From NCBI GenBank assembly GCA_023136775.1, contig JAGLQO010000011.1, positions 34,528 to 98,527 on the forward strand: DNA of 64,000 nucleotides, written 5' to 3'. Under the pieces are notes generated by a model that searched no databases, had not been told where the DNA came from, and was given only the letters and a program-made list of their open reading frames with translations. The stretch is from Candidatus Pacearchaeota archaeon. Its GTDB lineage: Archaea > Nanobdellota > Nanobdellia > Pacearchaeales > GW2011-AR1. A program made the translations under genes and the position numbers. Positions 24,753 through 32,726 of this stretch are shown here, piece after piece; position 1 is the first letter of the stretch; every line of letters begins with the position of its first letter.

Positions 24753-25493
24753 ATGGTTAAAGTTAAACGTATTAACAAATATATTAGTGATTCTGGGCTT
24801 TGTTCTCGTCGGGAGGCTGATAAATTAGTTGAGGCTGGTAAAGTTTTGATTAATGGGGAATTGGCTGTTACTGGGTCTAAGGTTGATGCTGGGGATGAGG
24901 TTTTTGTAAATGGTAAATTAATTGAGATTAAAAGTGAAAGGATTTACATGGCTTTTAATAAGCCTACTGGGGTTACTTGTACGACTGATTCAAAAGACCC
25001 AGATAACATAATTGATTTTATTGGGTATAATGAAAGAATTTTTCCGATTGGTAGGCTTGATAAGATGAGCGAGGGTTTGATTTTTTTGACGAATGATGGG
25101 GATATTGTGAATAAGATTCTTAGGGCTGGAAATTCTCATGAGAAAGAATATGTTGTAAAAATAGATAAACCTGTGACTGAAGAATTCGTGAAGAAGATGT
25201 CAAATGGTGTTGAGATTTTAGGAACGGTGACTCAAAAGTGTCAAGTTGAAAAGAAAAGTAATTATTCGTTTCGTATTGTTTTGACTCAGGGGATGAATCG
25301 GCAGATTAGAAGAATGTGTGAGAAGCTCGGATGTAATGTCGTAAAATTAAAAAGAGTTAGAATAATGAATATTAAACTTCATGGAATTTTATGTGGGCAA
25401 TGGAGATATTTAAGCGACGATGAAATGAAAGGAATTTTAGAGATGGTTGAAACGAGTAGTGGGACTGAAGAGATGTCTGTTGTTGAAGAATGA
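24753..25493 (+). CDS. RsuA/RluF-family pseudouridine synthase with an S4 domain
   Basis: S4 motif RINKYISDSGLCSRREADKLV, catalytic GRLDKMSEGLIFLTNDG, and QGMNRQIRRM. Confidence 0.85.
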   Translation: MVKVKRINKYISDSGLCSRREADKLVEAGKVLINGELAVTGSKVDAGDEVFVNGKLIEIKSERIYMAFNKPTGVTCTTDSKDPDNIIDFIGYNERIFPIGRLDKMSEGLIFLTNDGDIVNKILRAGNSHEKEYVVKIDKPVTEEFVKKMSNGVEILGTVTQKCQVEKKSNYSFRIVLTQGMNRQIRRMCEKLGCNVVKLKRVRIMNIKLHGILCGQWRYLSDDEMKGILEMVETSSGTEEMSVVEE

Positions 25494-26086
25494 AATTAAG
25501 ACTTGGAATTGATTTGGATGACACTGTTTGGAAGTCTGTTGAAAGTGTTATTGATTATTATAATTTAAGAAATAAAACTGAATATAATATAGATGATTGT
25601 GCTAGTTGTTCTGTGAAAAAACTACTTAATATAACCGAAGAAAAAAAGCGAGACTTGTATGATAAATATGACAATGAAGTTTTTAGCAAGGAAGTTATTT
25701 TGTTAGATGGGTTTTTGGAAATTTTTAATAAAATTCAAAATGATTTTGAAATATTTTTTATTACTGCTAGACCAAAAAATACGGAGGAATTAGTTATGTG
25801 GAGAATGGAAAATATTTTTGGGGAAGAAAATAAAAATAAATTTCCTTTATATTTTTGTGGAGACAGGGAGGATGATACTTTTATTTCTAAAGTCGATATT
25901 TGTAAAGAGTTAAAAATTGATATAATGATTGACGATGGGCTACATCATTTAATAGAATGTTCTAATGACGGAATAAAATGTCTACTCTTGGATTATCCAT
26001 GGAATAGGGATGACACTTTGGGTAAAAATATTATTAGAGTTAACACTTGGAAAGATATTTTAAAAGAATTAAAAGGTGAGAAATAA
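25490..26086 (+). CDS. HAD-superfamily 5'(3')-deoxyribonucleotidase-like hydrolase
   Basis: DxDxT motif GIDLDDTVW, ITARP, C-terminal IDD. 4-nt ATGA overlap with the upstream gene. Confidence 0.5.
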   Translation: MKLRLGIDLDDTVWKSVESVIDYYNLRNKTEYNIDDCASCSVKKLLNITEEKKRDLYDKYDNEVFSKEVILLDGFLEIFNKIQNDFEIFFITARPKNTEELVMWRMENIFGEENKNKFPLYFCGDREDDTFISKVDICKELKIDIMIDDGLHHLIECSNDGIKCLLLDYPWNRDDTLGKNIIRVNTWKDILKELKGEK

Positions 26087-26096
26087 GAAATTGGGG

Positions 26097-26408
26097 CTAT
26101 TTATTTTCTGATCCAGCAGAACCTTTCATTAATCTTTTTTTGTATTTTTCAAGGACTTGATTCAATGCGTCTTCTAAATCTACATCAAAAGTATTTGCAA
26201 CTGTTATCAAGGAATATAGCACATCCCCCAATTCAGATTTTAATTCTTCTCTGTATTTTGCTGGTTCTCTTCCGTAATTACTCATCTTAAGAACCTCTTT
26301 TGAAACTTCACCTAGTTCCGACATAAGATCCAAAACTCTATGTTCTATTGGAGACTCCATATCATTATCCTTGCAAAAGTTTTTTATTTTTTCCTGAATT
26401 TCTTTCAT
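26097..26408 (-). CDS. MazG-like nucleotide pyrophosphohydrolase
   Basis: 103 aa. LMSELGEVSKEV..ELGDVLYSLITVAN fits the EExxE/D helical MazG pattern. Confidence 0.6.
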   Translation of the reverse strand: MKEIQEKIKNFCKDNDMESPIEHRVLDLMSELGEVSKEVLKMSNYGREPAKYREELKSELGDVLYSLITVANTFDVDLEDALNQVLEKYKKRLMKGSAGSENK

Positions 26409-26462
26409 AATATTTCCTAAACGACATTATTAATAAATCTTGCCTAGATAAGGTTGCTCAAG

Positions 26463-26590
26463 CCGGGAATTTAGAATAAATTCCCTTACAATATCAAATC
26501 GTCTGCGGCCTTGACGGTAAGTGATTTGGAAATAAAATTCTGTGTGAATTTTCTCTGACGATTTTTTTCACCAGAAAAAAATGTCAATTA
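26463..26590 (-). repeat. Family C element, copy 2, starting just after the SPFH gene stop on the minus strand
   Basis: The reverse complement reads tttttttc-tggt-gaaaaaaa, ..cacacagaatttta.., caaatc..gatttg, gggaattta-ttc-taaattccc. Confidence 0.7.
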
Positions 26591-26594
26591 TTTT

Positions 26595-27425
26595 TTATTT
26601 CTTAGCATGAAGTGGCAACTCGCCGATTAATAATTGCGGGGAGATTCCTTTTTCTGTTAGAATAATTTTTGAATTATGTTTTAGAGAATTTTCTGTAACT
26701 TCTAATTTTTTCAATACTTGTGCATTTCCAGTGAATGATTTATTAATTAGATCAAATGCTTGAGATTCTCCTTCAGCTTCTAGAATACTTGCTTGTCGTC
26801 GACCTTCAGCTTTCTTAATTTCGGCTCGCCTCATCCCGTCTGCCTCAATTTCTAAAGCTTCTGCTGTATCTCTTGACGCTATTTTCTTTTGCTCAGCTTT
26901 TACCACGTTATTCATGGCTTCCTGAACATCTTGTGGCGGTTCGATTCTTTGAACCTCAACTCGAAGAACTGCTACTCCGTAAGAGTCAGTTTCTTTGTCA
27001 AGTACTTTTTCGACTTCTTGATTAATCTTGTCTCTACTTTGAATACATTGAGTTAAAGACATATTTCCCATTACGGCTCTTAAAGTTGTTCTAGCTAAAG
27101 ATGTTAATTGTCTTCGGTGATCATCAACATTGTATTCTGAAGCTCTTGCGTCTCGTACTTGATAGTAAACCATTGCGTCAACTAATGTATTTAACTTGTC
27201 TGAAGTTTGAACTGTTTGCTCTGGAACGTCGACCATTTGCTCGGTTATGTTAACTTTTCTAGCTGTTTGAATTATCGGGATAATCCAATTAAGTCCTTGC
27301 TCTCCTGTCTTTGTATATTTTCCTAGAGTCTCGATAAGTAATTTGTGGGTTGGTCTGACTATTCTTATTCCTGAAAAAATAAACGTACCTATTGCGATTC
27401 CGCCGAATATCATTCCTATTCCCAT
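26595..27425 (-). CDS. SPFH/band 7 (stomatin/prohibitin-like) membrane protein
   Basis: N-terminal TM segment, SPFH core (VRPTHKLLIETLGKY.., DAMVYYQV), C-terminal coiled coil rich in A/E/K. Confidence 0.8.
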   Translation of the reverse strand: MGIGMIFGGIAIGTFIFSGIRIVRPTHKLLIETLGKYTKTGEQGLNWIIPIIQTARKVNITEQMVDVPEQTVQTSDKLNTLVDAMVYYQVRDARASEYNVDDHRRQLTSLARTTLRAVMGNMSLTQCIQSRDKINQEVEKVLDKETDSYGVAVLRVEVQRIEPPQDVQEAMNNVVKAEQKKIASRDTAEALEIEADGMRRAEIKKAEGRRQASILEAEGESQAFDLINKSFTGNAQVLKKLEVTENSLKHNSKIILTEKGISPQLLIGELPLHAKK

Positions 27426-27462
27426 GGTTGGATTAAGGTGATTGTGTTAATAAGTCTATTGG

Positions 27463-27606
27463 AGAAATTGGCTCGCGGATTTATAAGATTTCATGGATTC
27501 AAGACAGGAGGCAATTTTTTGGCTCACGGATTACACGGATGCTCCGCATTCACGGCACCCTCACTAATATATAACTAAACAGGCTGGGGCATGCTAATTC
27601 AAGACA
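27463..27606 (+). repeat. Family A element A4 plus a gcaccctcac/ggggcatgctaatt module
   Basis: ggctcgcggattt.., ggctcacggattacacggatgctccgcattcacgg, caccctcactaatatata, ggctggggcatgctaattcaagaca. Confidence 0.7.
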
Positions 27607-27608
27607 TT

Positions 27609-27756
27609 AGATTGTTGGAGCGAATGAAATGAGCGATTGAGTAGCCAAGTCGTGGCAGGGGAATGAGACGGAGTCGAATGTAGTGGTCGGTCGAACGAGT
27701 GAAGTGAAACGGAGCGAGGGAGACTTACATAATACGAGAACTGATGAGTTCTCTAA
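27609..27756 (+). repeat. Family B element B5
   Basis: ttgttggagcgaatgaaatgagcgattgag.., cataatac box, hairpin gagaact-gatg-agttctc (27736-27753), followed by taaa. Confidence 0.7.
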
Positions 27757-27870
27757 AGGGCATAAACGATACACTTGAAAAACGAACAATAAAATAATGA
27801 ATCCCCTAAATTCCCTTGTTTAAGGGATTCATTGAGTATGATAAATTAAAAAAATAATAATGTCGAAGAT

Positions 27871-28098
27871 TTACTTCTTCTTTTTAGCAGCTACCTTCTT
27901 CTTAGCAGGTGCTTTTTTTGCTGCTGGCTTCTTAGCTGCTTTCTTAGCAGCAGGCTTTTTGGCAGCTACTTTTTTAGTAGTTTTCTTCTTCTTTCCACCT
28001 CTAGCCATTTTAGCTTCACAAACGTTACCTTGACCATCTACATAATATAGAAATCCAGATTTTCGTTCAACAACATTTTTTGCGATAATTTTTCCCAT
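27871..28098 (-). CDS. Small basic protein with a lysine/alanine/proline-rich (histone H1-like) tail; candidate chromatin or nucleic-acid binding protein
   Basis: 75 aa. A 33-aa N-terminal module (GFLYYVDGQGNVCEAKMARG), then KKKKTTKKVAAKKPAAKKAAKKPAAKKAPAKKKVAAKKKK. Confidence 0.6.
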   Translation of the reverse strand: MGKIIAKNVVERKSGFLYYVDGQGNVCEAKMARGGKKKKTTKKVAAKKPAAKKAAKKPAAKKAPAKKKVAAKKKK

Positions 28099-28203
28099 TT
28101 TATAACCTCCTTTTTACCTCTTGCTTAAATCTAATACTTTGAACTCGATTTTATATTTAAATGTTTCTATTCTCGACGACAAGATTTTCTCGACGACAAT
28201 TCT

Positions 28204-28515
28204 TCATTTTTTAGTAACAAAAGGGACTTCTAATAAATATTTTCCTCTCCCAGTTATGCTTGGTTTCCATGTTTTCACGTCGATAACTCTAGTTGAATGC
28301 ATTTTATCGTCGAGCCATATGGCTTTGAATGGTTTACAAAAAAATGAATGGATTGATAATTTTATAACTTTGTTAAAATCAAAAAATAAAGGAGGAGAAT
28401 TTTTTCTAAACATTAATCCCCTGAATTTCTTCCAAGGAGTATTGCAAAGTTCAACCTCTATAGTTTCCTTTTTCCCATCGATATAATAAGTGATTTTCTT
28501 ATTTTCTAATGTCAT
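28204..28515 (-). CDS. DUF192-family protein
   Basis: RGLMFR..PLFF.F......IHSFFC..P..AIWLD pattern typical of DUF192 (COG1430). Confidence 0.5.
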   Translation of the reverse strand: MTLENKKITYYIDGKKETIEVELCNTPWKKFRGLMFRKNSPPLFFDFNKVIKLSIHSFFCKPFKAIWLDDKMHSTRVIDVKTWKPSITGRGKYLLEVPFVTKK

Positions 28516-28723
28516 CCTTTACCTCTATTACTTTATTCTTGGACGTAAAGCCTTTTATAACTTTCATCTTAGATTTAAAATGTTTAGTTAATAATTTTTC
28601 TAACTCAATATTCGCTTTATTATTCTCTGGAGATTTCTTTAAAAATACTTTATAACTAGAATCACTAATTTTTATAATTTCTTGTCTTCCTGAATTTGGT
28701 TGGACTTTAATATTTAATTTCAT
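28499..28723 (-). CDS. DUF167/YggU-family protein
   Basis: IKVQPNSGRQEI....YKVFLKKSPENNKANIEL..LL pattern of the UPF0235 family. Confidence 0.55.
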   Translation of the reverse strand: MKLNIKVQPNSGRQEIIKISDSSYKVFLKKSPENNKANIELEKLLTKHFKSKMKVIKGFTSKNKVIEVKDDIRK

Positions 28724-29901
28724 GAAGTCATTATTTCAATTCCGTCTCTGTGTTTTAGAGCATGGTCTTTTCCTACTGGCTGCTTTGTTCTAACATCGAT
28801 TGCTTTGATAAATTTATCTCCGATATCTGTATGTAAACTATAGGCAAAGTCCAAGGCTGTTGAACCATTTTTTAGCAAGAAACAATCGGGCAAAACATTT
28901 CCTTTTGAGTCTGCGAGCTTTGAACCTGCTGGGAAAATTGCTATGTAATCTAACAAATCAAAAACTGATTTATCTAAAACATTTTGAACTCCTGTGCTCC
29001 CAAATTTTTCCAAAACATTTTTTTTAATAGAATCTAAAGCTTCTTTTTGCTCTTTGTTAACTTTGTCCTCGTTAATTGTAAAATTTGAACTTCCCTGAAT
29101 GTATTCTATCATCCCTGCGTTCGCAGCTTGCCTCAAAGATAATTCAGAATCAGCCGAACATGGGATTATTTGCATATTCGGAAATTCTATTTTTAATTTT
29201 TCTAAATTTTCTGCTGCTCCAGGCTTGTCAATTTTATTCGCTGCGATTAACATTGGTTTTGTCATATGACGAAGTTCTGAGGTAAAATTAGATAAATCTT
29301 CATCTGTCCAAGAAAGAGGATTTTCAGGATCAAGTTTTAATTTTGATAAAACTGTTGTTACGTCGTGCTCTTTAACTCGAAGTCCTGAAAATTGTTTTGA
29401 AACTGCCAATGGGAAATTCTGCTTGGTACTCTGAATCGTCCGTGTCATCTTGTCCCAAACTTTTTCAAAGATTGCCCTATACCATTTGTTAAGTTCATTC
29501 TCTAACATCTTAACATCTTCTATTGGATTTCCAATTCCTTCTTTTCCTTCGATGTCTGTTGTTCCTGAAATGTCAACAATTTGCATGAACATATCTGCTT
29601 GCCTTAAATCGTCGAGGAATTTATTACCGAGACCTTTTCCTTCACTTGCACCTTCAACTAAACCTGCTACGTCCATTAATTCTACTGGAACAAATCTTGT
29701 GTCGCCCGTGCAAAATCCAGTTCTAGGATTACACTTAACGTTTAATTCTTTACATAAGGCATCTACTCTAACATAGCCCATTCCATGATTTGGTTCGATT
29801 GTTGCGAATGGGTAAGAGGCTATTAAAACGTCTGAAAGCGTCGCTGCTTTGAAAAATGTTGACTTTCCGCATGATGGTTTTCCGACTAATCCTAGTAACA
29901 T
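28720..29901 (-). CDS. YchF/OLA1-like P-loop GTPase/ATPase with a TGS-like C-terminus
   Basis: G1 GLVGKPSCGKST, G3 DVAGLVEGAS, G4-like AANKID, C-terminal ..KHRDGIEI. Confidence 0.8.
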   Translation of the reverse strand: MLLGLVGKPSCGKSTFFKAATLSDVLIASYPFATIEPNHGMGYVRVDALCKELNVKCNPRTGFCTGDTRFVPVELMDVAGLVEGASEGKGLGNKFLDDLRQADMFMQIVDISGTTDIEGKEGIGNPIEDVKMLENELNKWYRAIFEKVWDKMTRTIQSTKQNFPLAVSKQFSGLRVKEHDVTTVLSKLKLDPENPLSWTDEDLSNFTSELRHMTKPMLIAANKIDKPGAAENLEKLKIEFPNMQIIPCSADSELSLRQAANAGMIEYIQGSSNFTINEDKVNKEQKEALDSIKKNVLEKFGSTGVQNVLDKSVFDLLDYIAIFPAGSKLADSKGNVLPDCFLLKNGSTALDFAYSLHTDIGDKFIKAIDVRTKQPVGKDHALKHRDGIEIMTS

Positions 29902-29968
29902 AATTCAAGAAGAAAATCAAGGATTAAAAAGATTTGGGAAAATAAAATTACATAACAGCTCTAATATA

Positions 29969-30070
29969 GGAGCCGGGAAATGCCGAGGAAAATCAAAGAT
30001 TTTCCAAAGGTAGTCCTTTTAGGATGAACCAGTTCAAGACCGGCGTCCTCGGATTATTTTTTCCAAAGGA
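29969..30070 (+). repeat. Family F repeat F1
   Basis: Shares cgggaaatgccgag and the 20-nt block atgaaccagttcaagaccgg with 63243-63325. Internal pairing ccgagga (29983-29989) / tcctcgg (30046-30052). Confidence 0.55.
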
Positions 30071-30075
30071 CAAAA

Positions 30076-30201
30076 TGATCCCGCCGGGATTTGAACCCGG
30101 GACCTCTAGCTTTCTTCGACGAAGCTATTTTAGAGAGCTTCAATTCCGTAGAATTGATGTCATATAAGACTAGCGCTCTGACCAGGCTGAGCTACGGGAT
30201 C
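30076..30201 (-). tRNA. tRNA-Ile, anticodon UAU, with a 51-nt intron at position 37/38
   Basis: Hand-folded. Acceptor gatcccg/cgggatc plus discriminator A, D arm gctc-agcctggtca-gagc, anticodon stem ctagt/gctag, loop ct-TAT-aa, T arm ccggg-ttcaaat-cccgg. No encoded CCA. Confidence 0.75.
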
Positions 30202-30253
30202 ATAGCTTGTCCAATAGAATAACTGAATAATTTAGATATAAAAAGGTTTGGAG

Positions 30254-31210
30254 TTATTTTTTACAAAGAGCTAGAACGTAAGAACCATCTTCAGAAACCC
30301 TAGGCATGACTTCATCAAAGTATAAATTCAAAAAACTTAGAAAATCCGACTTATTATACTTATAAGAAACAGAAACTAAAATTTGATCACCCTTGTTAAA
30401 AATGACTTCTTTATCATTAAAATTGATTTTCTTTTCATTCTGGATGGTATAATAAAGTTCAACTCTAGAATTTGCAAATCTTGCACCCAACTTTAAATCT
30501 TCTCTTAAAAGTCCTAACTGCAATGGAATATAAATCAAAAATTCGTTAACTTTATCAGTTTTATAAGACTTCAATATCTCTTCTGGATTTTTATTATCTA
30601 ACCCGTTTCCTATCAATAATAAATCCCCACCTTTCATAGAACTCCTAATTTCATATAGTAATTCATTAATTTCAAAGTTACCTAAGGTATTCCCAAGTAA
30701 TAGTGTCAATGTTTTTTTGAATTCACCTTGTCTCAATAATGTTGAAATATTTTCTATATTTTCAAAGTCACTAATATTCCATTGGAATTCTACAACTTCT
30801 CCAGCATCAGTTTTTCGTATATTTTCTATTGCCTTATTGACCATATAGCTGCTAATATCAACTGGACAATATCTAAGTTTGACTTTTCCTTTCAAGTATT
30901 TAATAAAAAGTACTGCCTTTTTCCCATCTCCACATCCAAGATCCAGAATATTTAAGTTGTCTTTTTTTATTTTTTCAATAATTTCTTCAATATTTTCTTC
31001 AATTAAATTAATTTCTTTTTGGATAATTTCTTTTTTGTATATTTCAGAATTCTCTAGATCTAAAAATGCTTGTGCCTGTTCTGGCTTAAGATACCATAAT
31101 TTGGAATCAGCAATATTCCAAATCCGCGTATTTCCTTCTAAAGAATACCCTCGTTTAATCAATTCTTTAAAAATTAAATCGTTAAACTTTTGTGCATCTT
31201 TGTCTGCCAT
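30254..31210 (-). CDS. SAM-dependent methyltransferase, EgtD-like (Methyltransf_33-type) fold
   Basis: ILDLGCGDGKK SAM motif, ..YCPVDIS.., LLLGNTLGNFE. ATG (MADKDAQ) taken as the start; the track's longer GTG start is 31222. Confidence 0.5.
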   Translation of the reverse strand: MADKDAQKFNDLIFKELIKRGYSLEGNTRIWNIADSKLWYLKPEQAQAFLDLENSEIYKKEIIQKEINLIEENIEEIIEKIKKDNLNILDLGCGDGKKAVLFIKYLKGKVKLRYCPVDISSYMVNKAIENIRKTDAGEVVEFQWNISDFENIENISTLLRQGEFKKTLTLLLGNTLGNFEINELLYEIRSSMKGGDLLLIGNGLDNKNPEEILKSYKTDKVNEFLIYIPLQLGLLREDLKLGARFANSRVELYYTIQNEKKINFNDKEVIFNKGDQILVSVSYKYNKSDFLSFLNLYFDEVMPRVSEDGSYVLALCKK

Positions 31211-31313
31211 GAAGTTTACCACAAAAACTAGTTTTTATTTCTTTGCATTATCTAAAAATAATGACAAATGATGCCCTGCATAATTATATAAATATAATTT
31301 GGCTTTCTTAAAT

Positions 31314-31994
31314 ATGGTGAAAACGTGGGTGATTAGTCTTGGCGGAAGTAGAATTGTGCCTGGGCAAGTTGATGTTAAATTTCTTAGAGAATTTAAGAGT
31401 TTAATTAATTCGCATAAATCTTATAAATTTGTAGTGGTAACTGGTGGGGGGATTACTGCTAGAAAATATATTGTGGCTCTTAGAAAAATGGGGAAGGGAC
31501 CAAGTGTCCAAGCTCGTGAGGGGATTGCTATTACTCGACATCATGCTAAATTTATGACTCGGTATTTTGGAAAGAATACTAATGATGAAATTCCAATGAC
31601 GATGAAGCAAGTGAAAAATATGCTTGTAAAAAATCAGGTTGTGTTTAGTGGTTCTCTTCGATATAAGCCAAATAATACGACTGATGGAACTGCGGCAACA
31701 TTAGCTGGATATTTGGGGTGTCCATTTATTAATTTGACAAATGTAAAGGGGCTTTATACGTCTGACCCGACTAAGAATAAAAATGCTAAATTTGTCCCAA
31801 AAATAAGTTGGATAGATTTTGATAAAATAGTTAGTAAGATTAAATTTCAAAATGGTCAGCATTTTGTTTTGGATCAGCGAGCATCTAAGACGATTAAGAA
31901 AAAGAAAATTTCTACTTATATTGTTGGAACGTTGATGAGCATTGATAATATTATAAAAAATAAAAAGTTTGTTGGAACGTTGATTGAAGGATGA
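31314..31994 (+). CDS. pyrH: UMP kinase, archaeal type
   Basis: VISLGGSRI, VVVTGGGITARKYI, amino-acid kinase fold length of about 226 aa. ATG at 31314 is preferred over TTG at 31299. Confidence 0.75.
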   Translation: MVKTWVISLGGSRIVPGQVDVKFLREFKSLINSHKSYKFVVVTGGGITARKYIVALRKMGKGPSVQAREGIAITRHHAKFMTRYFGKNTNDEIPMTMKQVKNMLVKNQVVFSGSLRYKPNNTTDGTAATLAGYLGCPFINLTNVKGLYTSDPTKNKNAKFVPKISWIDFDKIVSKIKFQNGQHFVLDQRASKTIKKKKISTYIVGTLMSIDNIIKNKKFVGTLIEG

Positions 31995-32551
31995 AGGATA
32001 TAAATTTATTCAAAGTTAATGACTCGGTATTTCTGAAAAAAATTAAATCTAAATCTGAAATCTCGGAAACAAGTGACCAAGATGGTTATCTAATTGAGTC
32101 TTCGGAAAAGGAAGCTCGGCGAATTATTGAATCTGTAAAAAGTTCTGGGAAAGTTATTGCCTTAGTTGGGGGCGACGATGCGTTTAATCGACGGGCGATT
32201 GAAACTTTGAGGATTAATTATTTAGTTTCTCCGGAGGGGGGCTATAAAAAAGATACTTTGAAGCAGCGAGATTCTGGGCTTAATCATGTCTTGGCAAAAG
32301 AAGCTGTGAAAAAAAATATTTCTATCGTTGTGGATTTGTCGGGGATTTCTAAATTGAAGGGTAAGGAAAAAGCTTTGAGGCTTGAGAAAATAATTCAGAA
32401 TATTAAGATTTGTAGAAAGGTAAATTGTAAAATTAAGATTGCTAATTTGGCTAATGACAAGAAAAATATTGTTGATGAGAAAGGTAGAATTTCATTTGGG
32501 GTAAGCTTGGGAATGGATTCTGTGCAATCGAGCGAAGCGATTAAGTTTTAA
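31991..32551 (+). CDS. Probable RNase P protein component 3 (Rpp30-like)
   Basis: 186 aa. ..GLNHVLAKEAVKKNISIVVDL..L...R......I..NIKICRKVNCKIKIAN resembles the Rpp30 TIM-barrel C-terminal half. ATGA overlap with pyrH. Confidence 0.4.
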   Translation: MKDINLFKVNDSVFLKKIKSKSEISETSDQDGYLIESSEKEARRIIESVKSSGKVIALVGGDDAFNRRAIETLRINYLVSPEGGYKKDTLKQRDSGLNHVLAKEAVKKNISIVVDLSGISKLKGKEKALRLEKIIQNIKICRKVNCKIKIANLANDKKNIVDEKGRISFGVSLGMDSVQSSEAIKF

Positions 32552-32552
32552 A

Positions 32553-32672
32553 GTTTGGAGCGAAGGTTACCTGAGCGATTGCATCGCGACACTCGTTTTT
32601 TTTATGTAGCGTAGCGAAATAAAAAAAGGAAAGAGGTCGCAACTATATAATTGAATTCGCAGAATTCAATAA
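32553..32672 (+). repeat. Family B element B6
   Basis: gtttggagcgaaggttacctgagcgatt head, tatataat (32644-32651), hairpin ttgaattc-gca-gaattcaa (32651-32669), tail taaataaaaa. Confidence 0.7.
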
Positions 32673-32726
32673 ATAAAAATCAAAATTTTCTAAAAAGTTT
32701 ATAAAAGATAATTGCCCTATATTATA

